Origin: Lama guanicoe
Lineage: Eukaryota
DNA: 64,000 nucleotides
Direction of reading: 5' to 3'
Assembly (NCBI GenBank): GCA_013239625.1
Contig: MU054220.1
Coordinates: forward strand, 8,591,367-8,655,366
Below are positions 26,596 through 40,297 of this stretch, in pieces. The stretch's first letter is position 1. Every line of letters starts with the position of its first letter. The notes under the pieces were generated by a model. That model saw only the letters and a program-made list of their open reading frames with translations. It was not told where the DNA came from and ran no database searches. Position numbers and translations under genes: made by a program.

Positions 26596-27964
26596 GTAGG
26601 AGCTATTGGAAAAGTCACTAATTGAGAGTTACTATAAATTCATAATTATCAACCTCAAATATGCCCTCAGAATATGTGTGTGTATATGTATACACACACA
26701 TATATAATGCATATTTGAAAACAAGCAAATAACAACTTTTGAGTGTTTATCTCGGTCCTTCCATCTACCAGTGTCTACACCAAGAATCTACCCACCAATG
26801 GAATCTAGAAATCCATGTGCTGGCAGATATTCTAATTGCAGGCATGTGCAGCTAACAGAAAGTTCCAAATCCAGGAGCCATTAATCCAAAGGACTTTCAA
26901 GAACTTTTTCGCAAAGTAGTGTGTGTGTGTGTGTGTGAACATATTTGAAAGTAAATTACTTCTTTTTGGGTCACATTTAATTAGCAACCGGGCAAAGCAA
27001 CAGGGTAAACAGCATGTTGAATTGGAACACCCCAAATTCCTTTATTTAAAGGGTTATTTAATCTGTTGCAAAGGGAAAAGAGAAACTTAAGTTTATCTGA
27101 GTAAAGCAGCATCTTATGGAAGTCAGGAAATTCTTCGAGATTATTAAAATAACAAGAACTACTACAGCAATCATTTTAATTCACTGTTTTTCTCGGTATA
27201 TCTACATCCTCAATCTTCTGCTAATAAATGCAAAAAAGATTAGCTAATGGTTTAAGTAGTATCCCCTTCATATGATAAATCAAGGCTGTAACAACATGGC
27301 CTGAGATTCTTGTTACTGTTTTCATTTTTCTCTTGCAGCAAGTTTTTGTTAAGAGTATCAGTAGAAGCCTGGAACTGAAGGTTTTATTGTACTGGAGTCC
27401 GCAGCAGGTGGAATAACTCGAGTACAGTAGGAAAAGAGACATCCATGTCAACGACTTCATCAGGGTTTCTTTTTCATTCCTTCCACAGTGCTGCTGAAAT
27501 ACCGTCTGACTGTGCTGCTGTATCACGAGGGAAGGCAGCAGCAGAACGCGATTCAAAGCAAACGGTTTCACTGTCTCACTGACATAAAGAGTAGGAAAAA
27601 TTTTCTTTTGGATTACTTACTGTTCTGGATAGCTGTCAGTCGTTTGCACTTGTAGGTAAAAGCTGTCTGTTAAATGTATCATAGATGCGTTCCCTGTTAG
27701 TATTTATTGGGAGAAAAAACCCAGATCTTGGGATCAGACTTTAGTCTCTAGCAAGGTTCTTAACTCAGTTTGGACTTGACTTTCCTTAAATATAATAAGT
27801 GGGAGCCCAGTGCCTAAGCTTCCCTCTAGTTCTAATATGCTAAGGCTGTATATAGTTTTCATTTCACTCAAATACCAAATTTCAGCTATTGAATCCATCA
27901 GAATTTGATGTGCTATCCTTATTTCTACACTGTTATTCTCTCAGATTAAGTAATATCAAACCCC

Positions 27965-28715
27965 TCTTTTTAAATTAATATTTTTTATATTATGGTAAAG
28001 TACACATAACATCAAATCTACCATCTTAATCGTTCTTAAGTGCATAGTTCAGAAGCATAAGGTATATTCACGTTGATGTGCAACCAATCTCTAGAACTTT
28101 CCCATCTTGCAAAACTGTCCATTAAACAGCTCCACACTCCTCCCGCCCTTGCAACTACCATCTACTTTTATGATTATGATTATGGTAAGAGCATTTAACA
28201 TGAGATCTACCTTCCTAACCAGTTTTTAAGTGCATGATACATATGGTTAACTACAATGATGTAAAGAAGATCTCTCAACTTATTCACCTTATATAACTGA
28301 AACTTTATATCCCTTAACAGCAGTGCCCCACTTCCCTCTCCTCCTAGCACCAGAAACCTATTCTATTCTCTGCTTCTATGAGGGTGACTACTTTAGATGT
28401 CTCATGTAAGGGCAGTCTTGCGATATTTGTCCTTTTGTGACTGGCTTATTTCACTTAGCATAGTATCTTTCAGGTTCAGCCACAATATTGCGTATGGCAT
28501 GGTTTCCTTCCTTTTTTAACACCGAGTAACATTCCATTGTCTTTATCCAGTCATCTGTTGATGGATGTCTAAGCTTTTTCTGTTTCTTGACTATTGTGAA
28601 TAATACTTCAGTGAACATGGGGGAAAATATATCATGCTTTTTTTATATCTATAAGATTGAGTACTCTTCACACATCATATAAGTGGACTCACTGTTTTAT
28701 TTCACTTAACATTGG
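27965..28715 (-). mobile_element. Two old L1 3' ends: an L1MB-like end (27965-28170, resuming ~28650) with an L1MA9-like end (~28175-28622) nested inside
   Basis: ggtaaagtacacataacatcaaatctaccatcttaa; then ggtaagagcatttaacatgagatctacc...gtgactggcttatttcacttagcatag...gactattgtgaataat. Confidence 0.8.
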
Positions 28716-28776
28716 ATAGTTACCCTGTATTTTATATCTAGTGAAGAGTAGTCAGATTATAATGAGTTAAAAAGAA

Positions 28777-29875
28777 GCAAAACAAAAACACAGTCTTTGG
28801 AATGGGAGAAAATATTTGCAAAAGCTGAGACTGACAAGGGCTTAATTTCAAAAATATATAAACAGCTCATACAACCTTAATAATAAAAAATAAACAACCC
28901 AATCCAAAAATGGACAGAAGAGCCAAACAAGCAATTCTCCAATGAAGACATACAAATAGCTAATAGGCACATGAAAAACTGATGACTATCACTAATTATC
29001 AGAGAAATGCAAAACAAAACTATGATGAGATATCACCTCACACCAGTCAGAATGGCCATCATTAAAAAGTCCACAAATAAATAACTGCTGGAGAGAGTGT
29101 GGAGAAAAGGGAACCCTCCTACACTATTGGTGGTGGGAATATAGTTTAGTATAGCCATTATGGAAAACAGTATGGAGATTCCTTAAAAAACTAAAAATAG
29201 ATTTACCATATGATCCATCCATCCCACTCCTGGACATATGTCTGGAGCAAACTCCTATAATTTGAAAACATACATGCACTCTAATGTTCACAGCAGCACT
29301 ATTTACAATAGCCAAGATATAGAAACAACGTAAATGTCCACCAACAGATGATTGGATAAAGAAGTTGTAGAATATTTGTACAATGGAATACTACTCAGCC
29401 ATAAAAAGGAGTAAAATAATTCCATTTGCAGCAACATAGATGTCCCTGGAGAATGTCATTCTAAGTGAAGTAAGCCAGAAAGAAAGAAAAATACCATATG
29501 ATATCACTTATATGTGGAATCTAAAAAAAAAGACAAATGAACTTACTCACAAAATGGAAACAGACATAGAAAACAAACTTATAGTTACCAGGGGGGAATG
29601 GGGTGGGAAGGGATAAATTGGGAGTTTGAGATCTGCGGATACTAATTACCATATATAAAATAGATAAACAAATTTATACTATACAGCACAGGGAACTGTA
29701 TTTAATATCTTCTTGTAATGTAACCTATAATGAAAAAGAATATGAAAATGAATGTATGTATATTCATGTATGACTGAACTATGATGCTGTACACCAGAAA
29801 TTGATATAACGTTGTAAACTGACTACACTTCAATAAAAATATATAAATAAATGTAAAAAACAAAACAAAACAGTA
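28777..29875 (+). mobile_element. 5'-truncated younger L1 (~1.1 kb) inserted into an MLT1 LTR
   Basis: ORF2 C-terminus plus 3' UTR; candidate TSD aaaaagaa at 28769-28776 and 29876-29883, preceded by TT (TT|AAAA endonuclease site). Confidence 0.93.
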
Positions 29876-29883
29876 AAAAAGAA

Positions 29884-30370
29884 AATACCCCAAGCCTGAA
29901 CTTAGTGGCAAACAACAACAGTGGCTTTTTATTATTATCCCTCATGGCTTTTGAGGGTGGACTGGGCCCAGTCAGTTTCCACTTGAAAGTCTTTCATGTA
30001 ATTACAGTCGACAGTAACTGGGACTGGGTAATCTCAAAGGCTTCCTCCCAACACAGAGCTTCTGATGCTGGCTCTTAAAGGGAGCTTCTGCTGGGTCTGT
30101 TGGCAAAACATCTGTTTCCAGACTTTACAGGTGAAGTAAGTTTTGTCATAACATAGCAGCTGGGCCCCAAAAACAAGTGTTCCAAAAGAGGCAGGTGGAA
30201 AGTGTTTGACCATGTGTTATTTTACTCTGGAAATCATGAAGCATCACTTCTGGCATTCTCTAGTCATTAGAAGTTAGGCAGAAGACAATCAACAGGAGAG
30301 GAGTTAGCCTACCATATGCAAGATGAGAGGAATTCGACTCTAACTCCCAAAGGAAACAGCAAACAATGTG
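29884..30370 (-). mobile_element. MaLR LTR (MLT1G/H-like); its terminal ~25 bp probably lie at ~28745-28768, on the other side of the L1
   Basis: acttagtggcaaacaacaac, gactgggcccag, tgatgctggct, gcatcacttctggcattct. Confidence 0.7.
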
Positions 30371-32519
30371 AAATGATAACATGTATTCATTGCCTTCCTA
30401 TATTTTTGTATTCCCCCTAACTGTGTTGTGAGATGTATACCATTATAAACATCTGTCTGACCTTTGGATAATGATCATCAGAAAGTATCAAAATAGAAAA
30501 ATGTCATATAGGATGTTTCTAGGCAGCAAAAGCTCAAATAGGGGTAAAGTACAAGGATAATAGTGATCTTCTCAAATACACATCTCTGATTTGGCACAAG
30601 AGGATCCTTCATAGGATGACCCTTCCCTGATCACCCCTGATTATCAAGGCAGCATGATGGATCATACTGCAGTAGAATAAGGTACGTGAAAGCACGGTGG
30701 CAGGTAGCCGGGCCTTACTGCAGGTGCCCGGGTACTGTGACACCAAACAAGTATTCTAAGAACATGCAGCTTTGACTGTATTTTGGTCCACTTGTACCTC
30801 TAAAGTTCATAGGTTTTGAAAGGGCTTCAGATATCTGTAATTTTTTTTATCATTCATTAAATGCTATCATTATGATTTTCAGGGGAATAAAAATCAATGC
30901 TAATGAAATGTACAAGCATAAAACATGAAGTGTAGATGTTTGCATTGCTTATGATAAAAAGTAATTTCAAGCAAGATAAGGACCTGCCCAATAGAATTTG
31001 CAAACTATTTATCTGAATAAATAATTTATTCTTTTTCAATAATTTCTTTTTTCAAAAATACTAATATTTAAAATAGCATACTTTCTTTGCAAATAAAGAA
31101 TTCCTTTCATTATCAGATTTGTGAAATTTAATTAAAAATTGCTTTATTTGTAAATAATACACACATAAAAATGAGTCCAAGTTTTGTATTATTGACTTCA
31201 TGTGTACAGTGAAACATTCATTTACATAAATGTTTGCATGTGTATTAACATAAAAATACATTCACCATATAACTTAGAAGAACAAGGGATTTTTACATGT
31301 AAATATTAATTATTTACAATTGTGTAACTCAGACATAAATTTATAAAAATTTATAAATTATAAAAGTAATTTAAGAAATCTTTTCCATCTAAACAAGTTC
31401 TGTAATAATAAGTAAACTTTATTTAAATGGCTTTAAAATTGTTATTGCTTAAGTCTTATATGTATTTGGATAGTATAAAACTTGGTTTTCTGAACTTAAA
31501 GGCAATTTTCGATGAAATTTGAATCGTAAGTTAAGGTCATAATTATGGTATCGAATTGAAAGAAATCAAGATATAAAAATAAAGAGATGTCAGATAACAT
31601 CCAGTAGCTTATACTGGGTGTTCACATGGTGCTGGGGACAAATACATATTATCTATATCCTGCAGCTGGAGAAACTAGGTTTGGATCTTGGAAAGGTTAA
31701 GTCATTCCTTCAGTGATGCACGATTTAAACATGTTTATCCCAAACCGATACTCCACTAAATGCATCTCTTTAGAAAAATTCTGTAAAGCTTATTTTTTTG
31801 GAGGAAGTTGCATGTGAGATCCTCATTTTGCTTCTTATTTTAGGGCTGGAGCCATATCCTGTGGGGATCCTAGAGCTTCTGTGATAACCAGTGGTTTGAG
31901 GTGTCAAGTTACTCACTTCCCTGCAGCAATATGTACATTACCCTTCCACTGATGTCAACTGGACCCACCACTCACAATTCCTTTCCCAGGCCTGGCCAGC
32001 TTTAGGGTTGCTGCTGGTGACAGTGAGTCACTTTGAGAAGCTACTCAGAATGATCTGCTGTAGTTAGTTAATAGAGAGGCAGAGTGGGAGAGAGGCAGTG
32101 ATACAGAGAAAGCAACACGGGCTGTTCCTTTCTATCGCATCACTCCATCAATAGAGCATAATATTTTAAATATTATACATACACCCTATTCTTAGGCAAT
32201 AACTTCAAGAAATGGCAAGGTAGCTCTCAAAAGTAATCCTCTTCCTCTTTGCCAAGTCCATCTTTCTTTCCTTTTTAACTGTGAGGATATTACCATGAGA
32301 TTTTTAAGTGTTCTTTCAATCCAGAGAGCTTGAGACTAAAGGGAGATTCAAAATTAAAGAACAAAAAATGACCAATATTCCATTACTCAGTATGCAAACT
32401 TAACAGGTTAGTTCACAAGTGCAAAAATTATTTGTGAAAGGATTTGATATTTCTAAAAGCAAGCATTAAAATGTAAATAAAATATATATATACAAAGAAA
32501 AACATTTTGTTTCAATGTC

Positions 32520-32850
32520 AAAAAAGGATTCCCTGTCTAGACACACTCAGGAAAGTACTGGAGGGTATTCTCCACTGACAGAGACAGAGCGAGAAATAAG
32601 AGACATGAATTAGTATGGTCCAAAATCAAGACATCCAGCATCCAATACAGGAAACAGAAGCAAAGGAGAGTCTCAGTAATGTGGCCAGGCGAAAAGTCTA
32701 GAAATTGGTTGGAAGACTTTTGAGGCAGGGGGACAGGGGACTATGCGTATTTGAATTTACAACATAATATTCTGGCAGATTTGACAGTGTGGAAATTGAA
32801 TTGAGATACATATAACAAAGCTCTTGGAAGGAAGATTCACACAGCTGAAC
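32520..32850 (+). mobile_element. HAL1-like fragment
   Basis: ctcaggaaagtactggagggtattctccac...catccaatacaggaaacagaagcaaagg resembles the HAL1 region after its ORF. Confidence 0.5.
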
Positions 32851-32888
32851 TCAATCGATACATTTTACTTTAAGAAGAAACTCTTTCT

Positions 32889-32922
32889 TTCCTTCCTTCC
32901 TTCCTTCCTTCCTTCCTTCCTT
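32889..32922. repeat. (TTCC)n microsatellite
   Basis: About 8 perfect units, read directly. Confidence 0.95.
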
Positions 32923-34849
32923 ATAACTATAATCCCTCTCTTTTTCACACTCCTTCTGTCCTATGTATTTCTTTCTCTGCATTTTGGCTTACATTGTCAA
33001 GGGAAACTAGAAATATTGTAAATTCAAAACTAATCTAGATTGACAACCAAAAAACACATGTGCCTGCTTGATTAACAGCACAAAATTTATATTAGCAGCT
33101 GTCTAATATCACTGTAGAATACTGAACCATTACTTTCTGTGAGTTACCACAATTTTCCTTGGTTTTCTAAATTGCTCAATGCAGATATTTTAATCCAATA
33201 ATTCATATTTTCCCAAAACAGTTTACCATATTAAATCCAAATGAGGCTTAGACTGCATGGGCACAAATAATTTTAGCTTGAATGCTGTTGTTTCCTGTGT
33301 TTTGTTAACTAGATTGTACATTTAACAATGTAATTATGATAAGAGTTTATTCTGGTGTAAATAATATTTCATTCTAGTTTATTTGCCATCAGACATAGTT
33401 TTAGCATCACATTTCTCATTGTTTAGATATAAGACACTATCTATAGATGTAATTTTCAAAATATATAATCCATTTCTGATATTTCAGTGTGGAGTCATCC
33501 TTGTGCATTCTGTTCAAACCCACCCACCCTTTCTTAGGAAGCTTCCTGCCTTGGTTCATTGCCCAATTTCCTTTGTTTCTGTGTTTTGATCTTAGTTCGT
33601 ATTATTTTGATTCACTTATGATACAACAACATCATTTTATGTTACTTTTCACTTCATTGTGGTCATTATGGGTTATATTTCCATCATATCAGATCTAATT
33701 CACATCGTTCTGAAGCCAGCACTTGTCATTGTGTGTCCAATTATAATTGTTTCCTTTTATTTCCTGTTATCTTGAATTCAATTATCTGTGTTCCTTTCTC
33801 ATCTATTTATATTATTTTCAATTTGATTTTCTAAGGCTCTGGTTCTGCTAATATTACTTTACAATATAATGTTTTCCTGATTTCATGTACTTGATTTTCA
33901 TTTATATTTGTTCAGTTCAGTGTATACACACACACACATACAATTTCTTCTAGAGAAAATTGCTTAACCTCATATTATGCCTTTTGGCATTTAAGTATCA
34001 TTGTTTTGATTGAAACAAAATTTTTAGAGTTTTACTCTTAACTTCATCTTTTTAACAGTGATTTGAGTGAATCAGTTTTGTTAAATTCATCAAATGTTTT
34101 AGCTAGAAATTCTGTCATTACAGGAGTTGTATAAATTGTATAAATATACTTTTTCTTCACACATCTTTGATTTTGCTCTATTCCATCTTCTGTTTGAACT
34201 AGTGCATTTGGCCAAATTCCACAATAGTTAACCATTGGTGAAGACATTATTCTATTTTCAATTTACTTCTAATTATTATTTTAGAATTACTAAAGAAAAG
34301 TCTAATAATGGTCTAAGATTCTGTCTGCAGTTTCTTAGTTTGAATCAAGTGAGTAAAATTGTAGCTTTTCACTTTTTTTACAGTAGGAAGTTTTAATCAT
34401 ACTTGACTTTCAAAGCCATTTATTCAGTGTTATTATATGCCTAAAAATATAAGGGCAAAGTGTTAGGTTTGTGTAATTATTAAAATAATAAGCACGACTT
34501 CTTAAATTCTGATGCCAGAAAAATTAATTAAAAACTTAAGGCACTTGCATACACCCTTCTCTTGACTCATGTTGTTTTTTGTGGGCTTCTTAAAATTTTC
34601 CAGAAAAAGTGTTAAAGATTCATACAGTACTTAGAATAACTTTGCCCTACGGCTGTAACATATTATGCTCCATTTATTGGGATTTGTCAAGGAGAAGAGA
34701 TTTATTTTGTCCACATTCTCTCCCTCTATTCAAATGAAAGTTCTAATACTTCATTTTCCAGAAAATGGGCCTGAGCTCCTCATGTAAATTATAAAACTCT
34801 AACTTAGTTGACATGATTTCCTCTATAAATCAACTGGTTCATCTTGAGC

Positions 34850-35025
34850 CTTGCTGTTCAGTAGAACTTTCTGTGACGATGGAAATGTTCCCTAGACTGT
34901 CCAAGATGATAGCTACTTGGAATGTGTTGAGTCAAAATGGGAATTAACTTATAATGTTACTTAATTTTAAGTAATTTAAAATCTAAATATACATATATGG
35001 CTGGTGACTTCTATAACAGAACTGT
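34850..35025 (+). mobile_element. MER3 (hAT-Charlie non-autonomous DNA transposon)
   Basis: gctgttcagtagaactttctgtgacgatggaaatgttc...ttaattttaagtaatttaaa...atatggctggtgact. Confidence 0.8.
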
Positions 35026-35967
35026 AATAAAGAAACACACTTTATTTTGTATCATCTGGGATCAAAAATATCCTTGTTCAATATGTATTATTGTCAAGAC
35101 ATCCCAGAGGGTCAAATTACATGAAGTCAAATGAAATAGCATATTATGAACTTTCAATAAAAATGGCAAATTTTTCCCCCCAAAGCTCTATGAACGTGCT
35201 TGATAAACCTAAGAAGAGTTGTTTATTTTTTTTCTTTGAAAATTCAATAGCTGAGAATATTTATTGATTAACTACAAGGTGAAGCATTTTATCTGAAATA
35301 ATAAAATTAGAATGAGAGAAGGACAAGAAAAAGTTGTCATCCTGAAGGGACTGACAAATTAAACCAGTGTTTCATTGCTGGAATGAACAATAGAGGACAT
35401 AGGGAGAAGAGTCAGGGGAAAGGGCATTTCAGAAGACAGTCTCAGTACCTTCAACTCATCTTCATTGATGAGTTACCTTCATCAGTAAAGAAGTAGAAGA
35501 GAGTTTGTGTAACAAGCCACAGCTGGGTCTTGGAAATTAACTAACTGGATGCTACTTTAAAAAAATTATTATTATTTAGTTCCACAGTTCCATAACATAT
35601 ATGTGGTATGAAAAGGTCTATTTCTAAACAGAAATGTCAAAAAAAATAGATCAGGGCATAGTTGACATTTCTAAGTGAAAACCACTACATGTCATGCTTT
35701 CACAATTAATATGAAGCTAATTTTACTTCAAAATGTTGGTGTTCCAATAGGATCCTTATATAAAACAAACTTAAACACAGGAAGGTTTATTATACATATG
35801 TATCCAATGACCTACAGAAAATTTGGTTACGAGTCTCAAACACAGAAAAATAACAAACATTCTCATCTAATAATTAGGCAAACTGTCACATTGAATAAAA
35901 CATTTTATTGGTTCTAAATGGCCATTTGAAACACCTGAGAAAAATTTAGACCTTCAAAAGTTTAGGG

Positions 35968-37128
35968 ACAGACTTCTTGTTATAGCTCCACCATGCAGAA
36001 TACTTAGAAGTTCTATCCTTACAAGAAAAAGATAAAGCAACTGAAAACCAATGACTATTCTTGGGCTCAGCAAAGAACTAAGGCTACAAGAAAGGCAAAC
36101 TCTCACCATAAAATCTGGGGCATTGGGAAAATCCAGTGTCAGCCAAGATTTGCTTGACTGGAGCAGAAACTGAGGGAGTCATAAACTATCAGGAACACTT
36201 TTATGGTAATTAAATTAATTGCTGGTTTCTGAATGTTGACTCCCTTAAGAGTGAGAAACTTCTGGGGCTACAGCAATAGGAGGGCTTCACCTCCAAGGAA
36301 CCTTACCAGGTTCTCAAGATGAAGCTCAGAGAAGGATCTCCTGTAGTCCTAGCAGGAAGAAGAGTAATCTTTGTGAAATATGCCAGAAGCCTTCTGCCTA
36401 ACAAAGCCCTGCCCTCCAGGGTAAAAGTCTTGATCAGAGCCTAGCCCAGCTTGAGAGATGGCATTGCTCTCTCTCAGCCCTCGTAGCCTTTCTGAATCAC
36501 CAGCATGGAGACAGAAAAGCTCTACTACTGAAGAAACACTTGTGCATCACAAGTCAGAGACAAGGCTCACTAAAAAGTGACACAGTCATAATATTATAGA
36601 ATGCTTCTGCTCTTCAGTATCTAAGTATCACACAAACAGGGATTTGGTCTAATAACATGGATTATAAATAAAAGAGCTACTAGACACAGACCCTCTCCCT
36701 GGAGGAGTATGGAGGAAGACCCAAAGTCAAGAATGGAAGCAAAAGCAAGAATGCTCGAGGAATTAGAAGCCTGGGACCTACAGCTGCCACAAAAATTTGC
36801 ACTCAACTCAACTAGGAGTCAGGTGGACATACCTTCTCGCACTCAAGGCCTATGTATCTCAGTTCCTATTAGTTGACACACTATGTCTGGTTTTCAATTA
36901 AAAATAAAAAATAAAAAGGCATATCAAATGGTAAGAAAAAACACTGAAAACACTGACGAGACAGAGTCTGAATTAGAACCAAACCCAGAGATGTGCCACA
37001 GATGTCGGAATGATCTGACAGGGAATTTTAAATGCCTGTAATTAATATGTGAAGGACCCCAATGGAAAGCGTAGACAACATGCAGCGACAGATGGGTAAT
37101 GTAAGCAGAAATGTGAAAACTCAAAAGG
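35968..37128 (+). mobile_element. Old L1 5' UTR and ORF1 start (L1MCa/L1MDa-like)
   Basis: aactgaaaaccaatgactattcttgg, ctggagcagaa, aggaacacttttatggtaatt, gtagacaacatgcagcgacagatgggtaatgtaagcaga. Confidence 0.75.
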
Positions 37129-37372
37129 TTAGTGAAGTCTAATATTGCTGCTTGCATAACTCTTGATCTCTAAATTAGTTGTGAAAATTTGCATCATGAT
37201 GCCCTGAGAATGAAATGAGATACATGGAAAATGATGTTGCCTTACACTTTAATAGTGTTTGAAAGTATACAATGTGTCATTGCTTATCATATCTCGTTAA
37301 GCCTGACCACAGACCTGGGACACAAGAAATCGGGCACTAGGATTGCCCCTGCACAGAGTAGGGGTTAGAGGC

Positions 37373-37788
37373 TGTATCAGCATGCCTAATGCCAAGTGAT
37401 GCTGTTATTACAAACAGCATACAAACCTTAGCGGCAACATCAGTGCGGGTTTATTTTTGTCTTAGGTGACAGGTTAATCAAGTGTGTGACTTTAACTCTT
37501 TATTCTAAGAAACTAGCTGAAGGAACAGCCACGACATTGTTTTCTCCCTGGTAGAGGAAAACAAACGAACAACAAACACAGTGACAACAAAAACAATGAC
37601 AGACGTATGCCATAGTTCCTAAAGCTCTTTTGGAGAAACAGCATATGTCACTTCCTTTCACTTTGCATTGGTAAAATCTAATCATATGACCAAACCTGTT
37701 GTGTATATTTGGAGGACTTTTAATCTGCCCAAAGGGCAGGGTTCAGTAGGCAAGAGCAATTAATTAGGCAGTAATATGATCTACCACA
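37373..37788 (-). mobile_element. Solo MLT1 (I/J-like) LTR inserted in a MIR
   Basis: TG...CA termini; 5-bp TSD gaggc (37368-72) / gagac (37789-93); cattggtaaaatctaatcatatgaccaaacct; ends atctaccaca. Confidence 0.75.
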
Positions 37789-38674
37789 GAGACTGGGGCT
37801 TCTCCAAGATTGTGTGGTGGCACTGTTTGATTATATGTTCTCTGCTTCCAAAGTAGTGCAGTTATAATTCATCATGAAAAAATAAAACAAAAGAACCTAA
37901 GAAAATTCAATCAAATAATTGTCATTTTAATATCATTAATTCAGTACGGAAATACCTTCATCTGCGTATCGATTAGAAGTTGTACCACCTGCATGTTTGT
38001 CCACTGAATAAATGGGAGATTTATTTTCTTGCAAAGGAAGAATTTCTAGGTAGATAGCACCACGTCTGACAGTGGCTGTATGATGCCAAAAGACACAGAC
38101 TTCTAAAATTTCCCGAAAATGTGCTTTTTGTCTTTATGCCTAGTTTCTCATGGGCTCTAGGACTTCCCCATGATCATGTATGTATTCAGTGTAGAAAGAA
38201 GGCTAAATTCAAAAGACAGATATTTTGTACCAAATGAAAACTTATTATCATTGATTCTATTTTAACTTTGCAAAATTGCAAAATTGCTTAATCTACCACT
38301 TAGAAATTTTATTTTGTAAAAAGTGACTTTAAACTAGAGAAAAAAATTGAAATAAGAAAAATATATAGTCAATATTTTAAGTGAAGGGCAGGAAAGACAT
38401 AAAAGAGAAATAACAGGACAGCCAAATAGCACAAAATAAGATAACAAATTTAAAACTGAAATGCAATAGATTATTATTTTGAATATAAATAGACAAATGA
38501 TCTTATGAAAGAAAACTATCATGTGGTAAATTTAAAAAGGAAGGAAAAGAGAGCGAACACATTTTAATTCTACATTGTTCACAAGTGGTTCATAAAAGCA
38601 TAAAGACAGAAAGGGTAAAATAAAAAGAATAAAAACAAAAAATACTAGGCAAATTCCACCCCAAAAAAGAGATG

Positions 38675-38795
38675 TAACTATAATAATATATATATAATAA
38701 CTATAATAATAACTATATATATTATATATAAACTATATAATAACTATAATAATAACTATATATATTATATATAAACTATATAATAACTATAATAA
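38675..38795. repeat. AT-rich minisatellite, 43-bp unit x2.4
   Basis: tatataataactataataataactatatatattatatataaac at 38691 and 38734, partial at 38777. Confidence 0.93.
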
Positions 38796-39314
38796 AACAG
38801 ACTTTCATATAAAAGCAATTTTAAGTATATGAGGGTCACTTCAACATAGTTAATTAAGCTAGAATATTTAATAATAAATTTAGATTTGTGTGCACCTGAT
38901 AAATATTTCCAGAATATGTACTGTAAAAATTAATGGAATTACTCAGAAAAAATAGAGACAAATTAAATGATAATGGGAGGTTATTATATAATTTTCTCAG
39001 CAATTGATAGATAGATACAAGCTCATGAAATAAGCAATAAATATAGAAAATTCGAACAACTTGTTAACAAAATTAACAAGTGGAAATTTATGGAATATTA
39101 CAAACAAAAATTTCAGGATACATGATTTAGCTCACACACACAGAAATTTATACGAGTTGACCCACAAAATTTAAAAATCATAACAAGTTTCAAAGGATGA
39201 AGTGTTACAGTTCATATTCTGATCCTAGTGCAAAAAACTAGAAGCAAATATGAAATATACATAGAAAATCCCCATGTTTCGTAAATAAAGAACTAATTTG
39301 TTAAAGAAGCAAAT

Positions 39315-39507
39315 GTTTTATCCTCACGTGGTGGAGAGCAGGAGCCCTAGTCCCTTTCTCTTCCTATAAGGGCCGTAATCCCATCATGGGGGCTTCACCC
39401 TCATGACCTAATTATCTCCCAAAGTGCCAGCCTCCCATACTGTTACACTGGTGATCAGGATTTCAGTGTATGAATTCTGGGGGAACACAGACATTTAGTC
39501 CATAGCA
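39315..39507 (-). mobile_element. MLT1A-type MaLR LTR (partial)
   Basis: taatcccatcatgggggcttcaccctcatgacctaattatctcccaaag...gaacacagacatttagtccatagca. Confidence 0.85.
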
Positions 39508-40297
39508 AGGGCCTTTAGAACAACCCCTGCCAACACATTTTAAAAATTAAAAGATAAGAACAAGATACTAGAAAATTAAAACTTACTCAAGAAGAAATAA
39601 GGCTCTTCAAGATTATAAAATTATTTAAGATATTGAATCAGTGGGCAAAACCTTTTAGTAAAAATATTATGCCCAGAGAGTTTCACTACTGAGTTCCACT
39701 AAGTAATTCAAGGATAAGTAATTTAAATTCTTCAGGAGAAACAAAAAGAGAGAATGCTCTTCAAATCAATTTATGAGACTAACACAACACGGATAATAAC
39801 CCTGAAAAAGAGCATGAAAAAGGAGAATTTTATGTTACTCTCACAAGTGACCATCTATTCAACACTCTAAATTAAATACTAGGGAAGACTTCCTCCTTAT
39901 ACAAAATATAATCTATCATGACAAAGTTATATTCTTTCCAGGAATATAAGACTGGTTTAACATTTCAAAATCAATTGAATAATTTATAGCAACATACACT
40001 GTACAACATCTCAACAGTTATAGGACAATTCTGAAAACATTCAACATCAATTTATGATAACAGATATACAGATGGATAAATAAAACTATTGGCAAAATAG
40101 GATAAGAGGTAACTATCTTTAACCTGATAAAACTATTATCATTTCTGAAATATTATTATGTATTTAGAAAACCAAAATAATGTAAATATAGATTATTAAA
40201 ATTATAAGGCAATTTAATAATAAGGATTTTTGATATATCAATAAAGCAATAATTTGTAGCAGCCAATAGTTTAAAAGTAAAACATTATGAAGACACT

